Source: Gordius albopunctatus (taxonomy: Eukaryota). Taken from it: 64,000 nucleotides of DNA. The notes under the pieces were generated by a model. The model saw nothing but the letters and a program-made list of their open reading frames with translations, was not told where the DNA came from and made no database searches. The stretch covers positions 806,001 through 870,000 of the forward strand of contig OZ193910.1 of the NCBI GenBank assembly GCA_964276515.1, given 5' to 3'. Both the position numbers and the translations under genes were made by a program. Positions 51,501 to 63,278 of this stretch are shown here, one piece after another. Within the stretch, counting starts at the first letter, position 1, and every line of letters begins with the position of its first letter.

Positions 51501-53371
51501 TCAAACAACAAAAATGTGACAAAAGCAATTTTACTAGCTTGAAAACCAAATGGATGCGGAGATGTTTTACCATTTATTGGAGGAGGGGAGGATTAACTAA
51601 CCCCTTTGCCCCTTTTGCAAAATAACTTACATAAATTCATTATCTCTCATAAAATATGGGAAATAAAAGTAAATTAGGTAAGAATATAGAAGTGATGGCC
51701 GCAGAAAATTCGTTGTTATTTAAACATCCATATTTCAATATGGCAGAGCATACTCCTGCTAAAACTAATTGGGTAACTAGGGCAGGGATGATAGGGGGGC
51801 ATGTGACACGCTGTTAGCTAGCTAACTAGCTAATAGTCTATAGTTACGGAATTCAAGGGGAAGGAAATTAAAGGAAAAAGGTTAACAGTAAGTCTATAGG
51901 CGACGGAACCAAATAAAATTAAAAGAACCGAAAAGGAGTGTTTTAAGAGGAAAGTGGCTCTAAGATGAAAATTTAAAAAAATTAGTTGGAAATTAGGAAA
52001 AATTGTCTCTCAGCGAAACTGAGGAGTAGAATGATCATGGGCGCAGCCAAGTGGCAGGGAGGGCAGCTACCCCCTCCCCCCCCCGTTGCAAATCCCAAAA
52101 ACTATTCAAAATTTAGTATAATTATGGCAGAAACCGCCTCTGAATCCAATCCTAGCTATATTATGCCCATGAAAATCATTGCTAAAATTTGTGTGCAAAA
52201 TACTTACTCGTGGAAGGTGTACAACTGCTCGACGTTTCCGAATAAATTTTGCACCTCGACTTGCATTAAGCCCGAGCTACTGGCTCTGGCTCGGACGGGT
52301 ATGAGATAACCCTAGACGACAGAGTATACGAATGCAAATAACATATATCCCTAAAATATAACATAAAGCAGGAGGAGTGTTTGTAAAATCATTTTTCAAA
52401 AGTTTCGAGGCTAATTTTTGATTAATGCTTAATAATGATTGAGGCAGGGAAGGCAAAATAATAATAGTTTGGAAGGTTAGGTCATAATTTTAATAAATTT
52501 TAACGGATTTTTGGCCCTTAATTTTTTTTATACCCGCTCTTATATTTATCGAATTTTAACACTTCGTTTTCTATAACGTTCTTACATTCAAATAAACAAT
52601 AGATAGATTTAAAAAAAATAAAATAAATTTTAACATGAAATAAAGGGATAATAAAGTAAATAAAATTGGTGAAGGGTATATAAGTATCTTTTAAACTTCG
52701 ACAAATACAATATGGTCGATGAAGGGAAGAAATTTTAGAAATTTAATAAATATTTTTGATTTGAAATCCGAAATAAGGTGCAAAACAATTTTATCAATAA
52801 CTCTCCAAATTGCATTTTCACATACAAAATCTCGTTTGTTTACTTCTATCACGGAGCGCAGATCGGTCACGTAAACAGTTTCCGTCGCGACCAATTCATC
52901 AGCTGTTAGTCTGCACATGCGCACAACATCGTCTCCTCCACCCCCTGCGGCGAGGGCATTTTGTATCCCTGGACGCCTACCATCCACCCAATCACGACAC
53001 GAGGTTGTGGATGAGTTAGCAGAGGATGCGGGCGAAGCAGCAGACGACGTGAGAGAGTAATAACGATCGGAGGATGAAGAAGAGGAGGGGGAGGGGCGGC
53101 GCCGAGAGTTTGAGGGTGAGGGTTGATCGAAGAAACGTACGTAGCCCTGACGAGGGCGGGGCTTCGCCTGAGTGTGGGGATGGAGTTCGTCGAGGGAGAG
53201 GGAACGAAAAAATAGGGAACGCCCTCCTCGCCCACTCCCCGAGGAAGGGAAAAAGAATGTACGTGTGGTTTCATTCATACCCCAAAACAGCTGATCGGTG
53301 TAAAAATCTTGAGGTCGCGTAAATAAAAGAGGTCCGTTAATATTCAAAATATGAAATGCGTCGACGGAAAC
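42502..53371 (-). CDS. DH-PH Rho guanine-nucleotide exchange factor, PLEKHG1/2/3-like. Confident exons 53371-52844, 52311-52208, 51479-51360, 50679-50490, 49788-49618, 49041-48796, 48107-~47876; probable last exon 42831-42502; first exon(s) and exons between 47 and 43 kb unresolved
   Basis: ELVATETVYVTDLRSVIEGYL, LFGNVEQLYTFH, ARCF...YEYYVQNYP, HSLPLSSYLLKPVQRILKYPLIL, INESRK, FGDLILE, RHVFLFQSAILIFKK, KSLWITSIRDL; splice phases are consistent across the confident exons. Confidence 0.9.
43366..44990 (+). mobile_element. Second DINE-1/HINE-like element, within the span of the RhoGEF gene
   Basis: Subterminal inverted repeats at 43370-43387 and 44938-44955; hairpin CTTTTATAC-AGA-GTATAGAAG at 44964-44984; same satellite units at 43500-44160; family sequence resumes at ~44835-44890. 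Confidence 0.8.
44201..44590 (+). pseudogene. Serpin coding fragment with one frameshift
   Basis: KMFLDKKFAVHSKFVKDLEKYYAAQIESLNF...ARNIINTWVLDQT, then after a frameshift near 44420 LIGRVLS...RMLLLNVFYFNAKWKVPF...T...F; these fit the serpin helix F and strand 3A motifs (IN.WV..T, N.IYFKG.W..F). Confidence 0.85.
45410..45920 (+). mobile_element. Heavily deleted RTE reverse-transcriptase fragment
   Basis: DVQECDKYGGIKLSCHSMKL, NQF.GF..GKSTIDPIFA.RQ and IG.H.GS..S.FLFN are colinear with the intact RTE. Confidence 0.8.
48285..48441. mobile_element. Small hAT-type MITE; related single ends at ~48646-48660, ~51146 and ~52035
   Basis: Terminal repeats CATGGGCATAGCCAG / CTGGCTACGCTCATG; 8-bp flanks GGGTTAAC / AGGTTAAC (7/8). 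Confidence 0.75.
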
Positions 53372-53689
53372 CTAAGGTGGTTAAAAGGTATATTTTTCAT
53401 GACTCCTTGGATTCGAACATGAAGAAATCGTAGACTAGTTAGAGTGCTCATCAACAACGTTAAAGAAGTGTACCATTCAATCCGCCATTTAGAAATGTGC
53501 AAATATAATATGAGGGAGGTAATGTTAAGAAGATCATGGTGTTTTTGTTTAATTGAAATGTGTTTTTAAATGTAAGGGAAAAATATTGAAGTAGTTAAAC
53601 ATTATAAAAAGCATGCTTATCATATCATTTATACAATTCATAAAAATGCTGTGAGGAAGTGATGTCGAAGCCATTTAGCGCCATCTGCA

Positions 53690-54018
53690 ATATCGCTACC
53701 GCAGCAAAGTACTCCGCCTTTTTGGCATCCAATATTTTTATCTCTGTCGTTGCCTCGTGCTCCGGTTCCTTTGGCAAACGGGCAATGGGGTTTTTTAAAG
53801 AAATCGGAAAACGCAGCCCGAAATCTAAAATTTCTGCGTCCTTTTTACTCAGGCAACAACTAGGGATTCTTGTTGCACGATGCAACTTTAAATCCTTTGC
53901 CGACTCATGATGGCCCATTTTAGAAGATCATAATGATATAGATCTTTGTATTTAACCTATACGTCTTTATTTTTGTATTGTATTTCGCTTATGAATGTAA
54001 CTTTTTAGCCAAAAAAAA
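53690..54018 (+). mobile_element. 3'-terminal fragment of the same CRE family as 5020-6748
   Basis: Near-identical to the reverse complement of ~5030-5375 (TTTTGGCATCCAATATTTTTATC...CAACAACTAGGGATTCTTGTTGCACGA...GCCGACTCATGA); ends in an A-run. Confidence 0.9.
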
Positions 54019-54389
54019 TTACATAAATAATCATTTATTAACCAACATCCGTTATTTTATTATTTCTTAACTAATGAGGAAAATAAATTCCCTTTTTCTG
54101 TTTGAACAATAAAGAGGCAGGCAGGTAGGCAGGTAGGAGATTTCCAAATTCAAAATGGTGGATGGTGCACATTAAAAAATGATATGACATGAGCTCTTTT
54201 TGTTGTCTCTATGGAAGGAAGATATTGTTTTCGCGTATAATACAAGTGGTGGTTTCATGAGTTTAAAAACAAAAATCTGCCATTTTTAATATCAAAAGAA
54301 ATTCAATCCTAGACAAAAAAATTTATTTTTATCTAAAATATTGAATCCCGCTACTACCCCATTGATTTTTAAAAAAAGCCAAAAAATTT

Positions 54390-54471
54390 CGCGGTCGATA
54401 GGATTCGAACCTATGCGGGAAAATCCCAACTGATTTCTAGTCAGTCGCCTTAACCACTCGGCCACGACCGC
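54390..54471 (-). tRNA. tRNA-Ser (anticodon AGA)
   Basis: GCGGTCGTGGCCGAGTGGTTAAGGCGACTGACTAGAAATCAGTTGGGATTTTCCCGCATAGGTTCGAATCCTATCGACCGCG: all stems pair, long variable arm, A and B boxes, G discriminator, T6 terminator just downstream. Confidence 0.96.
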
Positions 54472-56659
54472 TCCCCCAAATACAAATCACATCCTGGCAA
54501 TATACCAGTAAAAATTATATACTCCATTTTCAAATTTAATTTTCAAAATTAAAAATATCAAATACAATAAATTTCTTTGCTATTCGATGATATACACGAA
54601 TCTTTTTTATAAGACACATTTTTATTTTTTATAAAAACTTAAATAGTGTGACTAAAACTGCAAAAGGTAGGCCTTTCACTGAATTAAGTATATATCCTAA
54701 TATTCTCAATTTTAAATTTAATTTTAAATCGGCGTAAAAATGAAAGTGTTTTTTTAATAAATATTCATAGTTTAAAATTGCAAAAATTAGCTTGTATTAT
54801 CAAATGGGATGAGGGCTAAAAACAGCTGTTGGCCAAGAAGAAATGGAATAGTAGAATGGTCGTGCCAAAAACTATCTAGTCCAGTAATTTAAATTTTAAA
54901 AACTGACATGGACTAGGCGATTTAGGCACTGCAAAAATTTCAAAAATGTGCAAATTATACAAAATCTCTTTCGTGAATATTTCAATATTTTATTAAGAGG
55001 CCGAGGTTTTTGTAACAAGAGAGGAGAAAAACTAACAAAAATAACACATTTCCGGCAGGAATATCCAATAAAAGAATTCCCCCTCTCCATCTTTTACCAG
55101 AATTTCAATGAAGAGAATTGAGTGTGGGTTCTAAAAGACCCCATCAGCTTAATAAATAATATAGATTATCTTATCTAAAATCCGAATGGGGAGAGAGAGA
55201 GAGATATGATCAGGCCATGGTTCTCACCAAATAAAGTTCATTCCCATTTATATAGCCGATTGTATTATTGATAAAAAATATTTTTGCTGCATCCTCGGGT
55301 ATAGGATGTAAATTGACAAACTTATTTTGGCACACCCATCTACAATTGTATTAAAAAGTTGACTTAAAAATCAAAGTTTTTTAATTTTTATCAGACTAAC
55401 TTAAATATTTATTTAAAATAATTAAATTTAATACTACAAACATTATAGGTCCTTCCTTTAAATTTTTTAAGATGTGACTATTTACTTAAAAGATAATAAA
55501 TAAGTTTACCATTGTATCAGTCAAAAATCTTCAATTATAATTTGATTGGATCAAAAATAAAAATTGAGTTGGATTTCAAGAGTAAACTACATATACCCTT
55601 AAATATTTTATATATATAATTTTTCTTTAAAAAACCACACTTGTCATGTAATATTATATTTTGAAATAACATATAAAAATCTTAAATATTTAGTTATCAA
55701 ATTAATGGATTAAGTAATATTATTCATGCGATGATTATAAGTCATTAAAAGATTTGAAAAGTTAATGGCATTTTGGCAAATGGTATCACCGATACATATT
55801 AGATATGGCCTTCTGTGATTACTCTAATTCATAGTTGTAATATATGCCAATATGTTAATTGGACATTAACAAATAATTGTGTAACCATTCCCCTGGTAAA
55901 ACAAATAGTAGCTCATTTTGATAATATATTTTTCTAAAACAAGCAAGAAGAAAAATTTTTAATTCCAAAATTGCATACCAAAAATCCATAAATATAAAAA
56001 AATTATTTTTCATGTTTAATAATCTCGTAGACCAACATCAATAATATATCTGTGTTTAGGAATAAAAATCTTTTTAATTGAGTTTCATAGTCAGCAATGT
56101 GTGAAAAAAGTAGAAAAAACATTTATAATCTTGAGTGTTATTTGTATTATTTTTTTTCATTTATAAATATGTATATTAATTCAATCACTAGTTTGGAATT
56201 GTGAAAATATAGAGAGTAACTGATCTGGAAGGTTATTGACATTAGTGTTGGAAACAGCTATGAAATTTAACAAATAATATCCATCAATTTAATTTCATTT
56301 GAATTCGCAGGTTGTTGCCTAGAGTCATCAAATTTACATTTATGCCTTTTATGTTATTTTACAAGTTTTTTAAATCCTGTTCTCCCAAATAAATTAAATG
56401 CAAACATAAAAACACCTATGAGGAGTCTAAAATAAAAATTAGGGCCTGGCCTAAGGGAGTGAAATTTTACCATATTAAGGAGGCGGGCTCCACCTGTGGC
56501 TAAGCCTCAACAATTATGTATTCAGAGAAGAATTTTAAAAATCCAATAGCAAAATATATTATCCAATTTACCTGTCAATTGTGCAAACGCAAGAGATCAA
56601 GCCTAACATATGATATGGACTCGAATTAATACCTGGAGGAAAACGCTCAGCTTTTTTAG

Positions 56660-56853
56660 ATAAAATTTGCGAGTCCTCTTTACTTAACCAATTAGGGATT
56701 CTTGTTGTAAGATACAACTTTAAATCCTTGCCGACTCTTGGCCTATTTTAGAAGATAATATTATAGACCTTTGAATTTAACTTATATCCCTTTTTTGTAT
56801 AACGTTTATATATGTAACTTTGTTTTCGTTTAAATCAATTTTTTAACCAAAAA
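56660..56853 (+). mobile_element. Older 3'-terminal CRE fragment of the same family
   Basis: TAGGGATTCTTGTTGTAAGATACAACTTTAAATCCTTGCCGACTC...TTTTAGAAGAT...ATGTAACTTTGTTT...AACCAAAAAA. Confidence 0.8.
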
Positions 56854-57684
56854 ACGGTGATTATCAAACTATTCAGATATTTTTTAAAAATTAAATCTAT
56901 TGTGGAAAATAATATTAATCCTATTAAGAAGTGCAATATTCAAGGATAATTATAGAGCAACAAATGCGCTTTATTATTAATTTACTTATTAATTTAATAT
57001 CAGAACTGGATGACTTAAATTATATAATGCTGTTTTTTGCATAAGCTCACAATAGCACATACACAAATTTCTTTGACTCGTGGAATATTTTTTTCGTATA
57101 ATTTTTTGGGGATATTTACTAACAACTGACAAATTATTAGGCACCTCGTAGAGGTGATGGAAAAAGGTAATTCCCTCGTCCCTATCTTAGTTTAGCAAAA
57201 TCAGAGATATTTAAAGGTATGTGTCCTTCTTACTAGATTATTTTCATGCTTCAGCCCCATTATAATGGATACATTTATAAGTTATCTTTGATTTTGCTAT
57301 AACCTTGTAAAAATACCTACAATAATATCCTTAATAAAAGTCTGTTTTCACAATGTAATAATTTTGTAAAAAGCTAGGTTAAAATTTCCCTTGTTCATAA
57401 TTATGATTGGCTTCAGTTATCATTAGTATTTTAATAAACCTGATAGCTAATTATAAGTCGAATGATTCGTTAATTTATTACTAGATAATTTAATAAATCG
57501 TATATCTATCATTTGTAGATGTGTAAAGTCATGACTGTTTAAATTTTTTGTTATTTTCTCTTCTAAATTATATTATGTGCCATTATTAGTTTTAAAATTT
57601 TCTACAAATCATGAGTCTAAAAATACATTGAAGATAAAAATGATATATTTGAATATAAACACTACAATGTTGAATTTAAAGGGC

Positions 57685-58408
57685 TCTTCTTCTTTATCGT
57701 GTTGAAAATCCCACAGACGTGGGGTACGTTTTCAGCAGCCTCTTCCATCTGAGTCGTGTGAATGCCATACCAATTTCCATCTGTTTGACGTCCATATCCT
57801 TTTCGACCAGTCGTTTCCAGGTGGCACGTGGTCTGCCCCTTCCTCTTCTTCCAGGCACGTCCATCTCCAGCGTTCGGCGTGTGACATCGTCTTCGTCTCT
57901 TCGTAATACATGGCCGTACCACCGCAGTCGATTTTCTCTTAAGAAGTCCTTCGTCGCTTGTATACCCATCTTTGTCATCAAGGATTCGTTCGTCATTCGA
58001 TCCAGCTTGGTGTAGCCTAAGCTCCATCACACCATTCTCATTTCCGTGACTTGCAAGAGTTTCTCCTCCGCACTGGTTACAGCCCATGTTTCGCTCCCGT
58101 AAAGCAAGACCGGTCGCACGATGGTTTTGTACGCCTTGCTTTTCAACCAAATTGGTATCTTTTTGTCACACATGACACCGGAGATGCTGCGCCACTTGAG
58201 CCATGCTTTCTTGATCCGAGAATGGACTTCAGCGGTACATCCTCCCTCTTGATGTAATAGCGAGCCAAGATATGTGAACTTATCAACCTCCGTGTACCTT
58301 GGACCGTCAATTTTGTGCATTTGCGGACTACCGCCCATCGTTTGCATGTAAACCGTTTTCTTCTCGCTGACCTTTAACCCGAATTCCGAGAAACGTTCTG
58401 ACCATTTT
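57685..58408 (-). mobile_element. 5'-truncated copy of the RTE at 60180-63278
   Basis: About 99% identical to ~62546-63270 in reverse orientation, with (AAG)n tail; one substitution makes CGA>TGA. No TSD recognised. Confidence 0.97.
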
Positions 58409-58439
58409 ACGAGACAAATAAAAATCTATGTAAATATAG

Positions 58440-59510
58440 AGACATATGGAAATTAATGTTGAAAGGACTGACCACTAGCCTAGGTGATAAACAGACATAG
58501 AAAGAAGAATTTTTTATCAAATAACGTCGAACTAGGAAGAATTTACAATGGTCACTATTAATGGTGCTAAAATATACCAACTTGAAACATACCTATCAGA
58601 GACCTTAGACAAATTTTTAACTGAATTGGGCATATTGACTTGGCATGAGAACGTCATACCATGAACCAGCCTTCCAGAGTCGGCCAAACAACGAGATTGG
58701 GATGTCAGTATAGAATCGCGCTCCGTCGCTTACCTACTTTCGAGTTGTGATACTGTGCAGCATTTTAATCTAAGGTCACTTACGACCGACTCTGGTCACG
58801 AATGTCTTGAATGTATCCAAAGTTAGCACTCAGGACTTCTGCTTTCAAATCCAGAAGTTTTGTATGCAATAGCTCTCCGCATAGGTATTAAAGTTACCAT
58901 AGGTTATCCCTGAAAAAATTGCAATAAGGAAATAAATATCTGGGCTCATCACCCACTCCATTGAAAGTTAAACAAATATCGCTTTATCCGTTATCAAAAG
59001 ATAAACCTTTTGATTCAATCGGCTTTAAAAAAGGCTGGCACTCCTTCCATCCTCGAACCATCCGATCCTTCTTTAGAAGGTAGGATGCGTCCCGACGGAG
59101 CTTCTATGATCCCCTGGGACGATGGCAAGTTCCTAGCTTGAGACTTTACCTGGATCGATATCTTCGCGCCAACTAATAATAATTTTAACCCACTTTCTTG
59201 TGGGGAAGACCGTAAAACACACAAATACCGATGCATTGCTCAATCTAAAATTTTTATTTCAATATTAGCTCCTGTTCCGCTAATTTTGGCAAAAAAGCAT
59301 TCGCGTTTTTTAAATCGATAGGCATAGGAAACAGATACCACAAAGCTAAATACTCACCCAGCTTTATTTTAGGCCAAAAAATCGGCATTTTGATAGCTAA
59401 ATATAATTACAAATCTTTATCTGACACATGGCCCGTGTTGGCTATCGACGAATCTGATGAATGAATTTTTATTTATAATATTATTTTATGCTTGTTTATT
59501 GTATTTTTTA
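58440..59510 (+). mobile_element. Diverged CRE-family fragment with stops and frameshifts
   Basis: KQRDWD..I.SRSVAYLLSS, SGHEC, YAIALRIG and SALKKAGTPSILEPSDPSLEGRMRPDGASMIPW..GK.LA*DFT match the 5182-6198 ORF. Confidence 0.85.
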
Positions 59511-60176
59511 TATCTCTTGCGCCTTAGTCTTAAAATCCTATTTTAATGACCATAGAGCACAACTTTTATTTATATATTTATACTAGTGTTGTAAACATTT
59601 GTAAAAAAATCGAACGCGTTCACGTTCGTCTAAAAAGAAAAGGAACGCGTTCACGTTCAAAATTTTATGATACATTTTTTTAAAGTTTAATTTAATATAA
59701 ATAAATGTCTTATATTTTTTAATACAATAAATAGCCATGATAAAAAATAATAGTTTTATTTCGACAATATAATTATAAATCAATATAATCTATTTTCTTA
59801 TTTAATTTTAATAATAATTGTTTTTTAAAATTGTCTTCTGATAAGCAGGAACGCTTGGCAGTTAATACAGCATTAGCTATACTAAAAACCTGCTCCACAG
59901 GGGCAGATGAGGAGATTGGAGTATTATACTTAATAAACAAATTTTTTAAAGGAGGAAATTTATTAAAAACTTTTAATGTTTTGTCCCTCGCTTCAAAAAA
60001 TTGCGACAAAATATCATCCTTCAATGCGCCCTCTACTTCCTCGCCAAAAAATGATATCTCGGAATTGACAGCTCTTTCATTATCAATTCTAGGGGTTTCA
60101 ATCACTTTTTTCAATAACACTAAAAGTTTATTCTCTATAGGTTCATTTTAATTATTGAATTTGATCTTTTATATGA

Positions 60177-60227
60177 AACAACACTACCAACGACGGTCCC
60201 AAGTCCGTGTGAAAAAAGTGGAGGGTT
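60177..60227 (+). ncRNA. Twister self-cleaving ribozyme (P1 nearly absent) at the RTE 5' end
   Basis: AA-CACU-ACC-AACG-ACGG-UCCCAAGU-CCGU-GUGAAAAA-AGUG-GAGGG: P2 CACU/AGUG, P4 ACGG/CCGU, loop GUCCCAAG, pseudoknots CCC/GGG and AC/GU, matching the twister core as I recall it. Confidence 0.88.
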
Positions 60228-63200
60228 GGCGTCAGGTCGGAAGCCGGCTGTAAAAAGCAACTCCAAACACCATGGCAGCTTCAAATACGAACTTATACCA
60301 GAATGCTAGGGCGTCCTCCCCAAACGACGCGCATTGCATCATCCACCCGTGCAATGTGAAAAGTATACAAGGGTCACCGCCTCACTCACAACGAAGGCGG
60401 TTAAGGAACCTAGTTGTCGAACGGACAAGGGTGGCTAGCTGGAATGTTGGCACGCTGACGGGGAAGAGCATCGAGGTTGCGCAGATGCTAAAAAGACGAA
60501 GGATACACATAGCGTGTCTACAAGAAACAGGGTGGCATGGAACAAAAGCCAGGGAGCTAGGAAATGGTTACAAGCTATACTACTCGGGTTCCCCATCACG
60601 GAAGAACGGGGTCGGTATAGTGCTTAGCGATTCCTTTAAGGACAAGGTAGTCGAAGTCAAACGATGCTCGGATAGATTGATGTGCATAAAGCTGGCGGAT
60701 CAAGGCGGCCTTGTCAATGTTATTTGTGCGTATTCGCCCCAGGTTGGATGTTCCGAAAACGAGAAGGACGAATTCTATGAGAAGCTCGAAGAAGAAATAC
60801 GCTACGTGAAGCCTGACGAGAATCTCATCATCGGAGCAGACTTTAATGGGCACGTTGGGAAAGAAAGGGGCGTGTACGAACGAAATCACGGCGGGCATGG
60901 CTATGGAGTGAAAAATAAAGAGGGAGAGAAGTTACTACAGATGGCGCAAGCTTACGATATGGCCATTGTGAATACCTTCTTTCAGAAGCGTACCGAACAT
61001 TTAGCGACGTACAGTAGTGGAAATCACCTTACACAGGTCGACTACATATTAGTGAAGCGCATAAATTTGTGGCAAGTTCAAGATTGCAAGGTTATACCGG
61101 GGGAAGAAATCGCCAAACAACATCGGCCAGTTGTCCTCGATATAGCAAGAAAGATTTTTCCCGTAAGAAGAAAAGTCTACACACCAAGGACAAAGTACGA
61201 AAAGCTTAAGGATGATCATGCAAATGAAATGTTTCACACTCGAGCAACTCCGCTCTTGAAGGTTGCAGGCTTGGAGGGCGACATTAACAAAAGGTGGGGC
61301 ACCGTTGCAAATGTTCTAAAGGAAACGGCCTTACAAATATTGGGACGAACTAAGGGCGGCAGAGCTCACAAGCGTGAACTATGGTGGTGGAATGACTCGG
61401 TCAAAGAGGTTATAGAAGAAAAGAAGGCGTTGTACCTACGATGGTACAAAACGAAGAAAGGAGAAGACTACAAGGCATATCGTGAAGCGAAACGCAAAGC
61501 TAAGATAGCGGTCGCGATAGCGAAGAAAAACGCTTACACCGAGATGGCAAACAAGCTCGATACCAAGGGCGGCGACATAGTCATGTATAAACTCGCAAAG
61601 ATCAGGGAGAAAAAAAGTCGAGATGTCGGGACACTTAAAGTCATTAAAAGCGAAGAGGGACGAACGTTGTGCAAACCGAAGGAAGTCATCAAAAGATGGA
61701 AAGATTATTTCCAAAATATGATGAACAAAACAAATGATAGAAGACCGCTAGAGAGGGTGGAACCGAACTCGAACTTGGTTTTACCATTTCAGGCTTATGA
61801 AATAGGAGCAAAACTAACGAAGATGCGGAAAGGGAAAGCGCTAGGTCCCGATGATCTACCGATCGAAGCTTGGCTTGGGTGCAAAGGAGAAGGAATCGAC
61901 ATAATGACAGGCCTATTTAACGCTATGCTGTATGAGAGTCGTATCCCTGACCAATGGAGGGAAAGTACGATCATACCCATATACAAAGGTAAAGGAGACG
62001 CGCAGGAATGTGGCAACTTTAGAGGTATCAAGTTGACCTGCCACTCACTAAAACTACTAGAAAGGGTGCTAGTGAAAAGGCTCAATGACGAAGTTTGTCT
62101 CTCGCCCAATCAGTTTGGATTTGTGGCCGGTAAATCAACGATGGACCCAATCTTTGCGTTTAAGCAGACGATGGAAAAATATGGCGACATAAGAAAGAAA
62201 TTACACATGGTCTTCATCGATTTAGAAAAGGCCTACGATACGGTTCCGAGAGACTTAATATGGTGGTCCCTTAGAGCCAGAAATATACCCGAAGGATATG
62301 TTCGACTTATCAAGGAAATGTATAATGGCGCGGTTGCATCAGTTAGGACTACCGTAGGAGTAACGAAACCCTTCCGAATAATGATCGGACTACATCAAGG
62401 ATCAGCGTTAAGCCCATTCTTGTTTAATCTAATTATGGATACAATAACAAAGGACTTGCACAAGCCAGCCCCCTGGACTATGCTATATGCCGACGATATT
62501 TTCCTATGCGATGAAACAAGAGAAGGGGTTTTTCATCAGGCGAAAAAATGGTCAGAACGTTTCTCGGAATTCGGGTTAAAGGTCAGCGAGAAGAAAACGG
62601 TTTACATGCAAACGATGGGCGGTAGTCCGCAAATGCACAAAATTGACGGTCCAAGGTACACGGAGGTTGATAAGTTCACATATCTTGGCTCGCTATTACA
62701 TCAAGAGGGAGGATGTACCGCCGAAGTCCATTCTCGGATCAAGAAAGCATGGCTCAAGTGGCGCAGCATCTCCGGTGTCATGTGTGACAAAAAGATACCA
62801 ATTTGGTTGAAAAGCAAGGCGTACAAAACCATCGTGCGACCGGTCTTGCTTTACGGGAGCGAAACATGGGCTGTAACCAGCGCGGAGGAGAAACTCTTGC
62901 AAGTCACGGAAATGAGAATGGTGCGATGGAGCTTAGGCTACACCAAGCTGGATCGCATGACGAACGAATCCTTGATGACAAAGATGGGTATACAAGCGAC
63001 GAAGGACTTCTTAAGAGAAAATCGACTGCGGTGGTACGGCCATGTATTACGAAGAGACGAAGACGATGTCACACGCCGAACGCTGGAGATGGACGTGCCT
63101 GGAAGAAGAGGAAGGGGCAGACCACGTGCCACCTGGAAACGACTGGTCGAAAAGGATATGGACGTCAAACAGATGGAAATTGGGATGGCATTCACACGAC

Positions 63201-63278
63201 TCAGATGGAAGAGGCTGCTGAAAACGTACCCCACGTCTGTGGGATTTTCAACACGATAAAAAGAAGAAGAAAGAAGAA
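60180..63278 (+). mobile_element. Full-length RTE-clade non-LTR retrotransposon
   Basis: 17-bp TSD GATCTTTT(A/G)TATGAAAC (60163-60179, 63279-63295), short 5' UTR, single ORF, very short 3' UTR with (AAG)n tail. Confidence 0.97.
60272..63259 (+). CDS. RTE polyprotein, AP endonuclease plus reverse transcriptase, 995 aa, uninterrupted
   Basis: SWNVGTL, CLQET, GADFNGHVG, QVDYIL, QHRPV; GKALGPD, FIDLEKAYD, GLHQGSALSPFLF, YADD, FTYLGS; C-terminal RLRWYGHVLRR...RGRGRPR. Confidence 0.98.
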   Translation: MAASNTNLYQNARASSPNDAHCIIHPCNVKSIQGSPPHSQRRRLRNLVVERTRVASWNVGTLTGKSIEVAQMLKRRRIHIACLQETGWHGTKARELGNGYKLYYSGSPSRKNGVGIVLSDSFKDKVVEVKRCSDRLMCIKLADQGGLVNVICAYSPQVGCSENEKDEFYEKLEEEIRYVKPDENLIIGADFNGHVGKERGVYERNHGGHGYGVKNKEGEKLLQMAQAYDMAIVNTFFQKRTEHLATYSSGNHLTQVDYILVKRINLWQVQDCKVIPGEEIAKQHRPVVLDIARKIFPVRRKVYTPRTKYEKLKDDHANEMFHTRATPLLKVAGLEGDINKRWGTVANVLKETALQILGRTKGGRAHKRELWWWNDSVKEVIEEKKALYLRWYKTKKGEDYKAYREAKRKAKIAVAIAKKNAYTEMANKLDTKGGDIVMYKLAKIREKKSRDVGTLKVIKSEEGRTLCKPKEVIKRWKDYFQNMMNKTNDRRPLERVEPNSNLVLPFQAYEIGAKLTKMRKGKALGPDDLPIEAWLGCKGEGIDIMTGLFNAMLYESRIPDQWRESTIIPIYKGKGDAQECGNFRGIKLTCHSLKLLERVLVKRLNDEVCLSPNQFGFVAGKSTMDPIFAFKQTMEKYGDIRKKLHMVFIDLEKAYDTVPRDLIWWSLRARNIPEGYVRLIKEMYNGAVASVRTTVGVTKPFRIMIGLHQGSALSPFLFNLIMDTITKDLHKPAPWTMLYADDIFLCDETREGVFHQAKKWSERFSEFGLKVSEKKTVYMQTMGGSPQMHKIDGPRYTEVDKFTYLGSLLHQEGGCTAEVHSRIKKAWLKWRSISGVMCDKKIPIWLKSKAYKTIVRPVLLYGSETWAVTSAEEKLLQVTEMRMVRWSLGYTKLDRMTNESLMTKMGIQATKDFLRENRLRWYGHVLRRDEDDVTRRTLEMDVPGRRGRGRPRATWKRLVEKDMDVKQMEIGMAFTRLRWKRLLKTYPTSVGFSTR

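Noticed and set aside
54390..54471. The local tRNA-Ser(AGA) as the primer for the Gypsy PBS at 18076
   Set aside because: Only 13 of 18 positions are complementary, so another Ser isoacceptor is more likely.
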